64,000 nucleotides of DNA. Origin: Octopus sinensis. Lineage: Eukaryota. The stretch spans positions 1-64,000 of the forward strand of contig NW_021832281.1 in the NCBI RefSeq assembly GCF_006345805.1. Direction: 5' to 3'. The notes under the pieces were generated by a model. It was given only the letters and a program-made list of their open reading frames with translations, was not told the DNA's origin and ran no database searches. The position numbers and the translations under genes were made by a program. Position 1 is the first letter of the stretch. Each line of letters opens with the position of its first letter. Positions 38,311-51,167 of the stretch are shown piece after piece.

Positions 38311-38608
38311 AGAGAGAGTATATATATATTGTAGACTTGTGGAAGCACATGGCATAGTGGTTAGAGCAGCAGACTCACGGTCGAAGGATCACGGGTTCGA
38401 ATCTCAGACCAGGCAATGTGTGTGTTTATAAGCGAAAACACCTAAGCTCCGGCAGAAGGTAATGGCGAACTTCTGCTGACTCTCTCGCTCTTTCCTCCTG
38501 CATCTTGCAGCTCACCTGCGACGGACTGGCGTCCCGTACAGGTGGGGGAACCTATACGCCAAGGAGGTGGAAGAAGTTTCAATAAATTAAGAAATTGTAT
38601 ATATTTAA

Positions 38609-38910
38609 CTAGCAGTATCGCCCGGCGTTGCTCGGGTTTGTAAGGGAAATAACTATATAAGCATTTTAGAGAGTTACTTCCCTTATATAATAGCGAAAAA
38701 AATGCATTAAAATGGAAAAAAATGATGGTAAATTTTTTTTTAAATCGTAGACTCACCGTAAACGCGCGCTAATACCCAGAAGGGCTCGATATGAATCACG
38801 ACTATAAGATACCCGCTTTTGGTTAAACTGCACCGCAAAATGTGGGAGTAGTTAGGAATCTAAATCGAAGGGGAGAGACACTCACACAACTTCAGTTTTA
38901 TATATAAAGA
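38609..38910 (-). mobile_element. Non-autonomous Helitron-like element (second copy 43386-43685)
   Basis: Minus strand begins TC, ends CTAG with CCCG..CGGG hairpin just upstream, inserted between A and T. Confidence 0.72.
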
Positions 38911-39023
38911 TATACTTGGATGTGTCTATGTTGTTCGTATCTTTTACCTGTAGCCTATTACCTACCTACCTGTCTCTTTCTCTCTCCATCCATCCATCTA
39001 TCTGTCTCTTCTTCTAATTCCAG

Positions 39024-39140
39024 GAACACTACAAGGAGGTGCTAGGAAAATTGAGTTTTGTCAATGACTTGGTGGAGTGCATTATGCAGATTGCACATGC
39101 ACATGGAACTCCATTTAGCATAGTCTCACCTAACATACTG
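39024..39140 (+). CDS. ULK1/2: ULK exon (EHYKEVLGKLSFVNDLVECIMQIAHAHGTPFSIVSPNIL)
   Basis: ttccag acceptor, G|gtaagc donor, 117 nt. Confidence 0.92.
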
Positions 39141-40374
39141 GTAAGCAATATTTATATATATATATATATAGAGATGCTAAGATTGGAAGTCCACCTGAAG
39201 ATTGTCGATCAAGACAAGAAACGATTGTAGTGGCGGTTTTTTTGACTATTTATTAAAATTTATGTATTGATTAAGTCTTTCCTTGTTTGTTTTGCAAAAT
39301 AGTGGTTTTGTCTCTAATAATATTTTATATATATATATATATATACACGTATATATTCACATACACTCTGTATACACGCACACAGACATCACCTATTATT
39401 TTCTCTCACTTAATATAAAGACCCCCTTCGGTCATGCATAACCATGGGATTGTACCTAGAAAGTTACCCTCCCAGGTACAAGACCGGGCTGTTTATGGAA
39501 GACTAGCAGTCGCCCATGCCAGTGTTATCCAAGGGAAAGGCAATGGGGCCGATACAGCTTGGCACCAGTGACATCACAACTCATTTCTACAGCTGAGTGA
39601 ACTGGAACAAAGTGAAATAAAGTGTCTTGCTCAAGAACACAACACGTAGCACGGTCCGGGACTCAAACTCAACCTCACCATTGCAGAGCTCGACCCTCTA
39701 ACCACTGAGCCATTTGCCTTCCCTTCGGTCATGACTGACCATGGGATTGCATCTAGAAATTTACCCTCCAAGGCACAAGTCCAGGCAAGGTTCCTCCTCT
39801 CCACGCCACTGATGTTATCCAAGGGAAAGGCAAAGGAGCTGATACAGCTTGGCACCAGTGATGTTGCAACTCATTTCTACAGCTGAGTGAACTGGAGCAA
39901 CGTGAAATAAAGTGTCTTGCTCAAGAACACAACACGCAGCCCAGTCCAGGATTCGAACTCACAACCTCATGATTCTGAGCCATGTGCCTTCACCTCGTTT
40001 CATATACTATAGGCACAGAGATGGAAATTTTGAGAAGAGGGGGGTCTGGTCAATTACAGTGACCCCATTGGTGTAGGTGCCTCATAGAAAGCACTCAGTA
40101 CACTCTGTGGAGTGGTTGGCATGGGAAGGGCATCCTGTTGTCAAAACCATGCCAGAACAGACAATGGAACCCGGTATAAGAACACAGATGGGGTTTAAAG
40201 TTTGCAATAATAGCTGTTTCAGTAGAACTTCACAGATGTATTTTTAGCTTACATCATAGAAAATATATTCCATCTTCAGGCAAAATTTTAAACAGGTCTA
40301 AAATGTATTGATGACAAAATCCTTTTTTTTTTTTTTTGCATTAGTGGCATTTTAACAAATAATGTTTGAATTTA

Positions 40375-40956
40375 TTGTGAAAGGTAGGAGAGTCCAGTTT
40401 GCTGGACATTGTTGTAGAGCTGGAAAAGAGGTAATTTCTACTCTTCTCCTCTGGAAGCCATCTACTCGCAATACCAGAGGGCACACACTCTCCTACCCTG
40501 ATGTAATCTCCAGGGATACAGGCATCCAGCAACAGGACCTCCGTAATGCTATGATGGACCGTGAAGTCTGGCGTAGCATAGTAAACTCCATTGTCTTGAC
40601 CACGGTCGAACAATGATGATGATGATGGTTAGGGTTAGGGTTCTCTTGTGGAAGCGCCATCCAACCAAAGTACAAATATATGGGAAACTACCACCTGTGT
40701 CATCTCTTGTGAAGGGTAGGAGAGTCCAGTTTGCTGGACATTGTTGTAGAGCTGAAAAAGAGGTAATTTCTACTCTTCTCCTCTGGAAGCCATCTACTCG
40801 CAATACCAGAGGGCGCACACTCTCCTACCCTGATGTAATCTCCAGGGATACAGGCATCCAGCAACAGGACCTCCGTAATGCCATGATGGACCGTGAAGTC
40901 TGGCGTAGCATGGTAAATTCCATTGTCTCGACCGCAGTCGAACAATGATGATGATG
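40375..40956 (+). mobile_element. Two head-to-tail 5'-truncated RTE LINE 3' ends
   Basis: KGRRVQFAGHCCRA...LLLWKP...RGRTLSYPD...DTG...MMDREVW* each ending (TGA)n. Confidence 0.85.
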
Positions 40957-41153
40957 AATTTATTGAGAAATTAATTAACAAGCATGCAAGAAGCAAACAG
41001 AACCAAACAAATATACATTTTCAAAACGGTTATCTTAATTAGTTTAGCAAAAACTTACTATGAAGATATACAAGAAACACAGAGAGTATTTTGAAATAAG
41101 GAATTTGTTAAACCTAAGTTGATTTTTTTGCTTTGTTTGAAATATTTTTTCAG

Positions 41154-41191
41154 ACTGAAGAGAAAAACCAAAGAATTATTGAAACACAAAA
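41154..41191 (+). CDS. ULK1/2: ULK 38-nt exon (TEEKNQRIIETQK)
   Basis: tttcag acceptor, gtgagt donor; phase 0-2 required to join 39140 to 41960. Confidence 0.82.
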
Positions 41192-41250
41192 GTGAGTTAT
41201 TTTCTTTTCTTTTTCGTTTTTTTTTTACTTTTTGTCTCTCTGTTTAACTG

Positions 41251-41316
<66 letters not shown>

Positions 41317-41488
41317 GCGCGCAGGAGTGGCTGTGTGGTAAGTAGCTTGCTTACCAACCACATGATTCCAGGTTCAGTCCCACTGTGTGGAACCTTGGGC
41401 AAGTGTCTTCTGCTATATCCTTGGGCCGACCAATGCCTTGTGAGTGGATTTGGTAGACAGAAACTGAAAGATGCCTGTCGTATATATG

Positions 41489-41521
<33 letters not shown>

Positions 41522-41755
41522 TTGTGTGTATGTATATGTTTGTGTGTCTGTGTTTGTCCCCCCCCCCAACATCACTTGACAACCGATGATGGTGTGTTTA
41601 TGTCCCCATAACTTAGTGGTTCGGCAAAAGAGACTGATAGAATAAGTACCAGGCTTTAAAAATAAGTACTGCAATCATTTAGTTCCACTAAAAATTCCTC
41701 AATCCCTCAAAGCGGTGCCCCAGCATGGCCACAGTCTAATGACAGAAACAAATAA
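41317..41755 (+). mobile_element. SINE family A, full copy
   Basis: Same head, body and tail as 2033-2425. Confidence 0.85.
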
Positions 41756-41959
41756 AAAATGTGTGTGTGTGTATGTGGCCAAAACCGTATGTAAGGTTAT
41801 AGCTGTGTGTATGTGTCTCTATGTGATTTATATCTGTGTATGCAAGACTGTTAATGTGTGTAGAGGCTGTTCAGGCTCTGTGACCCAATCTGTGTGTAGC
41901 CATGATTATCTATAAAGCGTCCCACCTTCACCATCATTCTGTACTTCTCTACTTTACAG

Positions 41960-42078
41960 GCGTTTAAACCAACTCCTACTCTACGTGCGCTGTCTACAGT
42001 TGCTGACGTCAGCACTACAACTTGCGAAAGAAGAAATCAAACACTCGCGTCTTCATCCTCTCACATCGCTGAAGAAGA
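41960..42078 (+). CDS. ULK1/2: ULK exon (RLNQLLLYVRCLQLLTSALQLAKEEIKHSRLHPLTSLKK), MIT1
   Basis: ttacag acceptor, gtaagt donor, 119 nt; matches ULK EQLVLY...LLSS.LQ. Confidence 0.93.
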
Positions 42079-42116
42079 GTAAGTTACCATTATTATTATT
42101 ATTATTATTATTATTA

Positions 42117-42945
42117 AGGTGGCAAGCTGGCAGAATTGTTAGCGTGGCAGGCAAAATGCTTGGGGGTATTTCGTCTGCTGCTAGGTTCTGAGTTCAAATT
42201 CCACTAAGGTTGATTTTGCCTTTCATCCTTTTAGGGTCAATAAATTAAGTACCAGTTACACACTGGGGGAAGGGTCGATATAATTGACTTACGTCCTTCC
42301 TGCAAATTTCAGACCTCGTGCTTATAATAGAAAGGATTATTATTATTATTATTATTAAGATGGTGAGCTGGCAGAATTGTTATCACGGCAGGCAAAATGC
42401 TTGGGGGTATTTCGTCTGCTGCTAGGTTCTGAGTTCAAATTCCACCAAGGTCGACTTTGCCGTTCATCCTTTTGGAGGTTGATAAATTAAGTACCAGTAC
42501 ACACTAGGGGAAGGGTCGATATAATTGACTTACCCCCTTCCTGAAAATTTCAGGCCTCGTGCTTATAATAGAAAGGATTATTATTATTATTATTATTATT
42601 ATTAAGGCGGTGAGCTGGCAGAATCGTTAGCACGCTGGGCATGCTTAGCAGTATTTCATCTGTCTTTACGTTCTGAGTTCAAATTCTGCCAAGGTCGACT
42701 TTACTTGTCATCCTTTCGGGGTCGATTAAATAAGTACCAGTCACGCACTGGGGTCGATATAATCGACTTAATCCGTCTGTCTGTCCTTGTTTGTCCCCTC
42801 TGTATTTAGCCCCTTGTGGGTAGTAAAGAAATAGGTATTTCGTCTGTCTTTACGTTCTGAGTTCAAATTCCACCAAGGTCAACTTTGCCTTTCATCCTTT
42901 TGGGGTCGATAAATCAAGTACCAGTGAAACACTGGGGTCGATATC
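42117..42945 (+). mobile_element. SINE family B cluster (short (TTA)n-tailed copies plus a dimer)
   Basis: Repeated heads and cores. Confidence 0.82.
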
Positions 42946-43155
42946 ACAAGAAATTCCTTGATGGTTGTCAGAGAATTGCCTGTTTCCCTTTCTTGTCAGA
43001 CTGGTTTGTTACATAGGGAGTATACCTCCAAACTTGCAGGGAAAAATTTGATTAAGTATTAATTCATATTTCACAGTATAAATATATAAAATATGAATAT
43101 ATATACACGCACATATATATGTTAACTGTCTTTATGCTCCATTTTCTCTTTCCAG

Positions 43156-43307
43156 TTGTCCAGAAGATGAACGTCCGTTACCACAAATGTCTCGACCTCT
43201 GCAAGAAGATCCAGCGTTATGGTCCACTGCAGTACACCAACGCTCACATTGCACAGATGCTCGTTGCACCGGTCGACAAGATCATCTACCTTCATGCCCT
43301 CGATTTG
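43156..43307 (+). CDS. ULK1/2: ULK exon (IVQKMNVRYHKC...VDKIIYLHALDL)
   Basis: ttccag acceptor, G|gtgagt donor, 152 nt. Confidence 0.92.
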
Positions 43308-43907
43308 GTGAGTCCTATAATGGCCCTCACGTCTTCTCTCTTTATAGCTTAGCTTCACATTATACATACATTCTTGCATATATTACTAGCAGTATCGCCT
43401 GGCGTTGCTCGGGTTTGTAAGGGGAATAACTATATAAGCATTTTTAGAGTTACTTCCCTTATATAATAGCAAAAAATGCATTAAAAATGGGAAAAAATGA
43501 TGGTAAATTTTTTTTTAAATCGTTGGTTCATCGTAGACGCACGCTAATACCCAGAAGGGCTCGATATGAATGACGACTATAAGATACCCAGTTTTGGTTA
43601 AACTGCACCGCAAAATGTGGGAGTAGTTAGGAATCTAAATCGTAGGAGACAGACACACACACAACTACAGTTTTATATATAAAGATATCATACCTTAATG
43701 CTGTGTGTAACAGAGAACTCAGTTAAGAGATTGTGGATATTAGATGAAATGTTATCACTTATTGTATGCAAATTAATTGACCCCGTTTTATGTAGGTACT
43801 GGAATGGTTGTGTGTATAAGCAGATTGGATGCTTGTCCCTCCAGGGATTGGTCAAAGAGGTGTAGGCATCTCTGTTGCGAACACAATGTTTGAAAATTAA
43901 TTAAGAC

Positions 43908-44200
43908 TTTACTCTTTTACTGTGTTACTTGTTTCAGTCATTTGGCTGTGGCCATGCTGGAGCACCGCCTTTAGTCGAGCAAATCGACCCCGGGACTTAT
44001 TCTTTGTAAGCCCAGTACTTATTCTTTCGGTCTCTTTTGCCGAACCGCTAAGTGACGGGGACGTAAACACACCAACATCGGTTGTCAAGCGATGTTGGGG
44101 GGACAACGACAGATACAAACATGTACACACACCTATATACATATATTACACATATATATATATATACACACATACATATATATATTACACATACATATAT

Positions 44201-44234
<34 letters not shown>

Positions 44235-44416
44235 TACGCATACATATATATATATATATACACACATATATACGATGGGCTTCTTTCAGTTTCTGTCTAC
44301 TAAATCCACTCACAAGGCTATGGTTGGCCCGAGGCTATAGAAGACACTTGCCCAAGGTGCCACGCGGTAGGACTGAACCCAGAACCATGTGGTTGGTAAG
44401 CAAGCTACTTACCACG
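43908..44416 (-). mobile_element. SINE family A, expanded internal microsatellite
   Basis: Both halves present around (TA/CA)n. Confidence 0.85.
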
Positions 44417-44708
44417 CAGCCCCTCCTTTTTTGTTTCACTCATTTCAGTCACTAGAATGTGGCCATGCTGGGGCACCACCTTGAATTTTTTTTTTAAAGC
44501 CTTGCACTTGTTCTGTTGGTTCCTTTTACCAGACTGCTAAGTTAAGGGGATGTCAACACACCAACACTGGTTATCAAATAGCAGTAGGGGAGACACACAC
44601 GTATCAGTATTGTTGAATGTTAATAATTTGACTTGTTCTGGCCCCTTAACTTCTAGACTTTCTCATCTCTCGTTACTGATTACCTAATTAACTTTTTTTT
44701 AATTACAG

Positions 44709-44753
44709 TTCCGAACTGGTTTATTGGACGAGATTTTAATGAAGATGAATGAG
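44709..44753 (+). CDS. ULK1/2: ULK exon (FRTGLLDEILMKMNE)
   Basis: ttacag acceptor, GAG|gtaagc donor, 45 nt; aligns to ULK1 VQSAALDEMF. Confidence 0.88.
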
Positions 44754-44859
44754 GTAAGCTACTTTCACTATCACCACCACCCCCATCACCCCTTCCTCTC
44801 CTCACTTCATTTAGTCTTTGTCTGTCTGTCCGTCCGTCCCCATGTCTTTTCTTAAACGT

Positions 44860-45660
44860 GTCCTCCCTTGTTGTTTAGCCCCAAGTCAGTCCTGATTCAG
44901 CAGACCTATGATCAAAGACGTTCCAGTTGTGATCATCCTGTCTTTTATTCAGGCATAGTGTATCTAGGACTACATTATCTAATGTGCCCTTCTTGTTGTT
45001 TAGCCCCTGGTCAGTCCTGATCCAGCAGAGCTATGATCAAAGACGTTCCAGCTGTGACCATCCCTGTCTTTTATTCAGGCATAGTGTATCTAGGACTACA
45101 TTGTATAATGTGTCCTTCCTTGTTGTTTAGCCCCAGGTCAGTCCTGATCTGGCAGACCTATGATCAAAGATGTTCCAGCTATGACCATCCTGTCTTTTAT
45201 TCAGGCATAGTGTATCTAGGACTACATTATCTAATGTGTCCTTCCTTGTTTAGCCCTGAGTCAGTCCTGATCCAGCAGACCTATGATCAAAGACGTTCCA
45301 GTTGTGACCATCCTGTCTTTTATTCAGGCATAGTGTATCTAGGACTACATTACCTAATGTGTCCTTCCTTGTTTAGTCCTGATCCAGCTGTCCTATGATC
45401 AAAGATGTTCCAGTTGTGACCATCCTGTCTTTTATTCAGGCATAGTGTATCTAGGACTATATTACCTAATGTGTCCTTCCTTGTTTAGTCCTGATCCAGC
45501 TGTCCTATGATCAAAGATGTTCCACCTGTGACCATCCTGTCTTTTATTCAGGCATAGTGTATCTAGGACTACATTATTTAATGTGTCCTTCCTTGCTGTT
45601 CTTGCTTAGCCCCAGGTCAGACCTGATCCAGCAGACCTTATGATCAAGGACATTCCATGT
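44860..45660 (+). repeat. Same ~120-bp satellite (~6.5 units)
   Basis: Same unit with small internal deletions. Confidence 0.9.
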
Positions 45661-45857
45661 ATGACCCTCATGTCTCTTTCACCTACAGTGTTGACACCTA
45701 AAAATCCCTTCAACCTTTTTATTGCACAACCGTCCCCTGCTGGCTTCTCCCCTCTTAAAAACCCGACTCTGTTGCACTTTGTCCCCTCCTATAAACCCGC
45801 ACTCTGTGTTCCCTTCGGCAACCCCTACTCTCACTGTCCCTTTCCATGTCTTTTCAG

Positions 45858-45948
45858 TGTTACTATCACTACAGTACGGCCCACATCCTGCTACACAGTT
45901 TGGCCAACCAAGCTAAGGACACGACGGACAAGTCAGTACTCAATAACT
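45858..45948 (+). CDS. ULK1/2: ULK exon (CYYHYSTAHILLHSLANQAKDTTDKSVLNN), MIT2
   Basis: tttcag acceptor, gtaagt donor, 91 nt. Confidence 0.92.
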
Positions 45949-46174
45949 GTAAGTACATTATATATATATATACACTCTTTTAATTGTTTGCCGTTTGACT
46001 GTGGCCATGCTGGAGCACCGCGAGTGTGTATGAATTTGTGTGTTGAGTGAGTGTGTATATATATGTTTATCTATAATCAGTGCAAATAACTTTGTTATTT
46101 GAGTATTACCTCCCTTGTGAACATAAGGGTGTTTGTGTGTGCGTGTATATATATATATGTGTGTGTGTTGTGCG

Positions 46175-46205
<31 letters not shown>

Positions 46206-46744
46206 ATTGTTGTGTATATCTATAATCAGTTCAAATAATGAGAAAATATAATGAAGGGAGAGAGAGAGAGAGAGCTTAGAAAGTTTTCTGAATGAAGCTT
46301 CGAAATCTGGTTCAGGGGGAGATAAGCGTTTGTGAAGAAAGATACTTATTTCTTTACGACCCACAAGGGGCTTAACACAGAGGGGGACAAACAAGGACAG
46401 ACAAACGTATTAAGTCGATTACATTGACCCCAGTGCATAACTGGTACTTTATTTATCAACCCAGGCAGAATTTGAATTCAGGACGTAACGGCAGACGAAA
46501 TACTGCAAAGCATTTTCTTTGAACAGCTTTGCGTCGATAGGGAAAGTAGGAGATAGATAACTGCATATGGATCGGACCATTACAACATAACTTTAAACGG
46601 TCAAATACTGGACATTAAATTCACTGATTTTGCAATTGCGTTGTTGCATTCAGAAGTTCACCCCTTTTTATAGCTAAGAGTTTGCCTGAACGTAACGATA
46701 TATATATATATATAGCATGTGTATGAGTATATACATGTGTGTAC

Positions 46745-47363
46745 ATATAAAATGGGATATATGTATGTACGTATGTATGTTTGTACGTACGTATGTACGT
46801 ATGTTTGTACGTACGTATGTACGTATGTATCTACGTACGTATGTATGTATGTATCTACGTACGTATGTATCTACGTACGTATGTAATGTATGTATGTATG
46901 TATGTATGTATCTATCTATGTATGTATGTATCTATGTATGTATGTATGTCTCTATGTATGTATGTATGTATCTATGTGTATGTATGTATCTATTGTATGG
47001 TATGTATGTTCTATGTATGATTAGTATGTATGTATGTATCTATGTATGTATGTATGTATGTATCTATGTATGTATGTATGTATGTATCTATGTATGTATG
47101 TATGTATGTATCTATCTATGTATGTATGTATGTATCTATCTATGTATGTATGTATGTATCTATCTATTATGTATGGTATGTATCTATCTATGTATGTATG
47201 TAGTATGTATGTGATGTATGATCTAGTATGTATGTATGTATCCTATGTATGTATGTATGTATCTATGTAATGTATGTTATGTATGTATGTATGTATGTAT
47301 GTATCTATATATCTATGTATGTATGTATATATGTATGTATACATATATGCATGTATGTATGTG

Positions 47364-47397
<34 letters not shown>

Positions 47398-47400
47398 TGT
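46745..47400. repeat. (TATG/TATC)n tetranucleotide array
   Basis: Direct inspection. Confidence 0.9.
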
Positions 47401-47468
47401 ATATAAATACGTTTATGTGTATATATTTATATTTTTTTTTCTTTGCTTTCTTTTTTTCTTCCCCGCAG

Positions 47469-47533
47469 ACAAATGCAAGGTGGTCAAGCGTCTCCTCAAC
47501 CTGAAGTCTTACGACACCATTAAAATCACCTGA
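47469..47533 (+). CDS. ULK1/2: ULK last coding exon ([21 protein letters not shown])
   Basis: long pyrimidine tract + ccgcag acceptor, TGA at 47531; matches YK..VE.RL. Confidence 0.9.
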
Positions 47534-48153
47534 ACGACCTGAAATGGCACACCTCTCGCTCACCGATTCCATCAAGGGCCTCCACCTTCCTCCTCTTCCT
47601 CCCCCCTTATACCCAATACTCTCCCTCTCTACGGTACCCACAATTCCACTGCTGTCCCCACCCCGAGGGACGCAAACCAGGTGCGGGTTTGGGCCGAGCG
47701 CACGACGAGGTTATTTTACGAAAAACAGTGGAGGGTATATATATTGACAATTGAAAAAATTTGGGGCTCCCTCCTTTCACATTCACTCCCCGCCACCACC
47801 ATCGTCTTCTACCGGGGATTCTCTTCCAGCCACGACCATCCTCACTCTATGTTATGTCTGAAGTGGGACTTGACTGTCTGCCTCTCAAAAAATGAAAAAA
47901 TACAAGCAAAATGTGAGAGAGAAATTATATATATGTATACATAGCTAGATATATACATACATACATAGATATATACATATATAGATATATATATATACAT
48001 ACATACATACATACATACAGATATATACATATATATAGATATATACATACATAGATGTATACATACACATATACACACATGCCTACATCGTATTAAGATA
48101 TATATATACCCACAAGTATGTGTTCATTGTTTGTATACATGCACACATCCATA

Positions 48154-48385
48154 CAGGGTTGGCCAAAAGTCACCTGACAGTCAATCAAACCCATTTAATT
48201 CCAAGATTCATTTATGTCTAACAACTGAATGAATTTGACAAAAGCATCTAAATATGAAACATTAGGAAAACTGTTCCAACTGAACCCCTTCTTTAGCGAC
48301 ACATTTTTCCATTTGATTCAATAACAGAATTTCAAATAGTATTTATGGAACTGATTTACCGTCGGAAGACTTTTGGCTAACCGTG
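48154..48385. mobile_element. Tc1/mariner-type MITE
   Basis: TA-CAGGGTTGGCCAAAAGTC...GACTTTTGGCTAACCGTG imperfect TIR. Confidence 0.65.
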
Positions 48386-49790
48386 TGTGTGTGTATGTAT
48401 ATAAATGTAATATGTGACAATTATTCGGTAGCCAAGATAAAACTCTGAGTTTCGGATGCTGAGGTGGAAATCCACGCCACCATCCGAAACTCGGAGTTTT
48501 ATCTTGGCTTCCGAATAATTGTCACATATTACATTTACAGATAAATTCCTCTATTTACATAATATCAAGGTCTTTCTTTCATTCTTTTGCTGTCTTACCA
48601 TTTCTATCAATATACATACACACATACATATACACACATATATATACACATACATATACACATATCTATACACATACACACATAAAATACATATATATAC
48701 ACATATATCTATACACACACACACACACACATAAATACATATATATACACATATCTATACACACACACACACACATAAATACATATATATACACATACAT
48801 ATACACATATATATATATACACACATATATATATATATACACATACATATATATATATACACACATACACATATATCTATACATATATAATGCTTGTGTA
48901 CTCAAGAAAAAGGAAGGCAGTACTCAATACTAAAAAAAACTAGTGTCATAGGTATTTGAGAAGCTTTTTATTTTGAGTTACCTTCTCCTTTTGGCAAATA
49001 AAATCTATCATACATGTGTAGACAAACATTGAGTGAATTGGAATATTTTCAGAAGTGAAGGAAATCTCAAATGCAAGGGGATAGCTGTTGAAGAAATTTG
49101 AGGCAAAAATACCCCCCTGAAGGGAATTGAACCTTGTATTTGTAAGGGACTGTTTGGCTCTGTGGTACAAAGCATTCAGCCTGAATTTAAGAGGTACAGA
49201 ATTCGTTTCAGATTTCCTTCATTTCTTAACACACACACGTATATATATATATATATATACACACACACATACATACATATATACATACATATACACACAC
49301 ATATACATACATACACATATACACACACACACACATATACACGCACACTCACATATACACTTACATATATACATACGTACACACACTCACACATATACAT
49401 GCACATATGCATATACACTCACATGCATAGATATACATGAAAACATAATTGTTGTGCATGTATATATTTATACAAGAACTGCTGTCTTCAACACCTGTAC
49501 TCATCCCTCACTTCAGCTGAACTCAACTCAAGCATTCATGCCTAACTCCAACTCAACTCCTAGCTCCCTCTCACCCAGGGGAAAAAGAATAAAAAGGGGG
49601 AAGAAGCAAACAAACAACCCCTGTATTCAGAAACTACATATCCCTGCCCCCAGCTTTTGTTTTTAATAACTCATCTCCCTATTGGACCCTACACAGCCAC
49701 TTTGTCCTTTGGTCAACATAAGGACTACTGTATACACCCCACTTTTATCCTCGTCAGAATAGTGGACTGTGTGCATATATATATATATCA

Positions 49791-50050
49791 GTGAAGGCAC
49801 ATGGTTCAGTGGTTAGAGTGTCAGGCTCGCTATCATGCCGTAGTGAGTTCGATTCTCGAACCGAGCTAAGTGTTGTGTTCTTGAGCAAGACACTTTATTT
49901 CACATTACTGCGGTTCACTCAGCTGTAGAACCGAGTCGCAATGTCACAGGTGCCAGGCTGTATCGGCCCCTTTGCCTTTCCCTCGGGTAACATTGATGGC
50001 ATGGAGGGGAACTTCCTAGATGCAACCCCAAGGTCATTGATGCCTGAAGG
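49791..50050 (+). mobile_element. tRNA-head SINE family D (two more copies 39422-39995, -)
   Basis: tggttcagtggttagag A-box, gagttcgattc B-box, tgtgttcttgagcaagacactttatttcac body. Confidence 0.75.
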
Positions 50051-51128
50051 TGGAAGGGGCTTCTTACATAGAAAAATAATTCAGATTGGGTACTTCAGTT
50101 GAGGCACCAAAAATTAGTGTGGTATTACCTGTACAATTTTAAAATAAGGTGAATAAGCAACAAGGATATCCAGGGGTAATGCAGTACAACCCTTTCAAGC
50201 GGCTCCATTTAATTGAGCAATGCAATCATTACTTCAATTTAAATACAGGGCTATCCTCAGCTGCATAAATAAACAGAATAAATTTAAAACAGTTGGACAC
50301 ATTTGTATAATTTTACTTGAATCATCTAAGAGGGTAAGAAGGCAGACAAAGTCCATGTTGTTTTCACTTCAGCTTAGAAGTCTGGAAGACTTCTATTTAT
50401 TAATTTATGCAGCGGAGGATAGCTCTGCATTTAAATTAATGTAATGATTACTTCGTTCAATTAAATGGCCACAGTCTAAATCACTGAAACAAGTAAAAGA
50501 GTACCTTATAACTTTGAGATTTCAATGATGTGATTGTTGGGCAGGTGTGAAAGGCCAGATCCAGTCAGTTCGAGCAAAAACCAGCGAGAATATTTTGGCC
50601 AAATATGTCTGGTTTAAATGCTAAAGGGTTAATGTACATAGTACAGAGAGCCTGAAAATTTGGAGACTCGTGTTACCAGAGCAAGAAACTGGCAGCTTGT
50701 ATCTTTATGCTGCGTACATTAAATGATATATAATATAATATACACACCTTTTCACTGAAAATTGTCTCATACCTTTATTTGAAATCATCGTCAAGGGAAA
50801 CAATCTGGCAGAATTGTTTCATGCTATTCCTTCTTGTTTGGGGTGAAGGTGGGTGTAAGGATAAGGGTGAGGATGGTGATGGGTGTTGGCAGTCCCCTCC
50901 CCTTTACCTGGTTGTCTAACACCTAAAACTATATTTCTGGGGCGGGGGAATTTTTTTCCTTTTTTTTACTAAATTTTAACTAAGCTTCCTGTGAATGGGG
51001 CTGAGATAGAATATACCCTCCCTGTCTCTCACATACACACACAGTTAAATATTTGTAAACTTTTACACACACACAGACACGTCTACACACATTATATGTA
51101 AATATACTCAATTATTTAATTAAACTTT

Positions 51129-51167
<39 letters not shown>

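Larger units (their letters stand above)
5654..47533 (+). other. ULK1/2: ULK1/2 (Atg1/unc-51) Ser/Thr kinase gene, 5'-incomplete, 26 coding exons in window
   Basis: Joined exons give VAIK...[76 protein letters not shown] and a C-terminal tandem-MIT-like region. All introns are GT-AG and phases match; exon lengths sum to 2688 nt. Confidence 0.97.
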
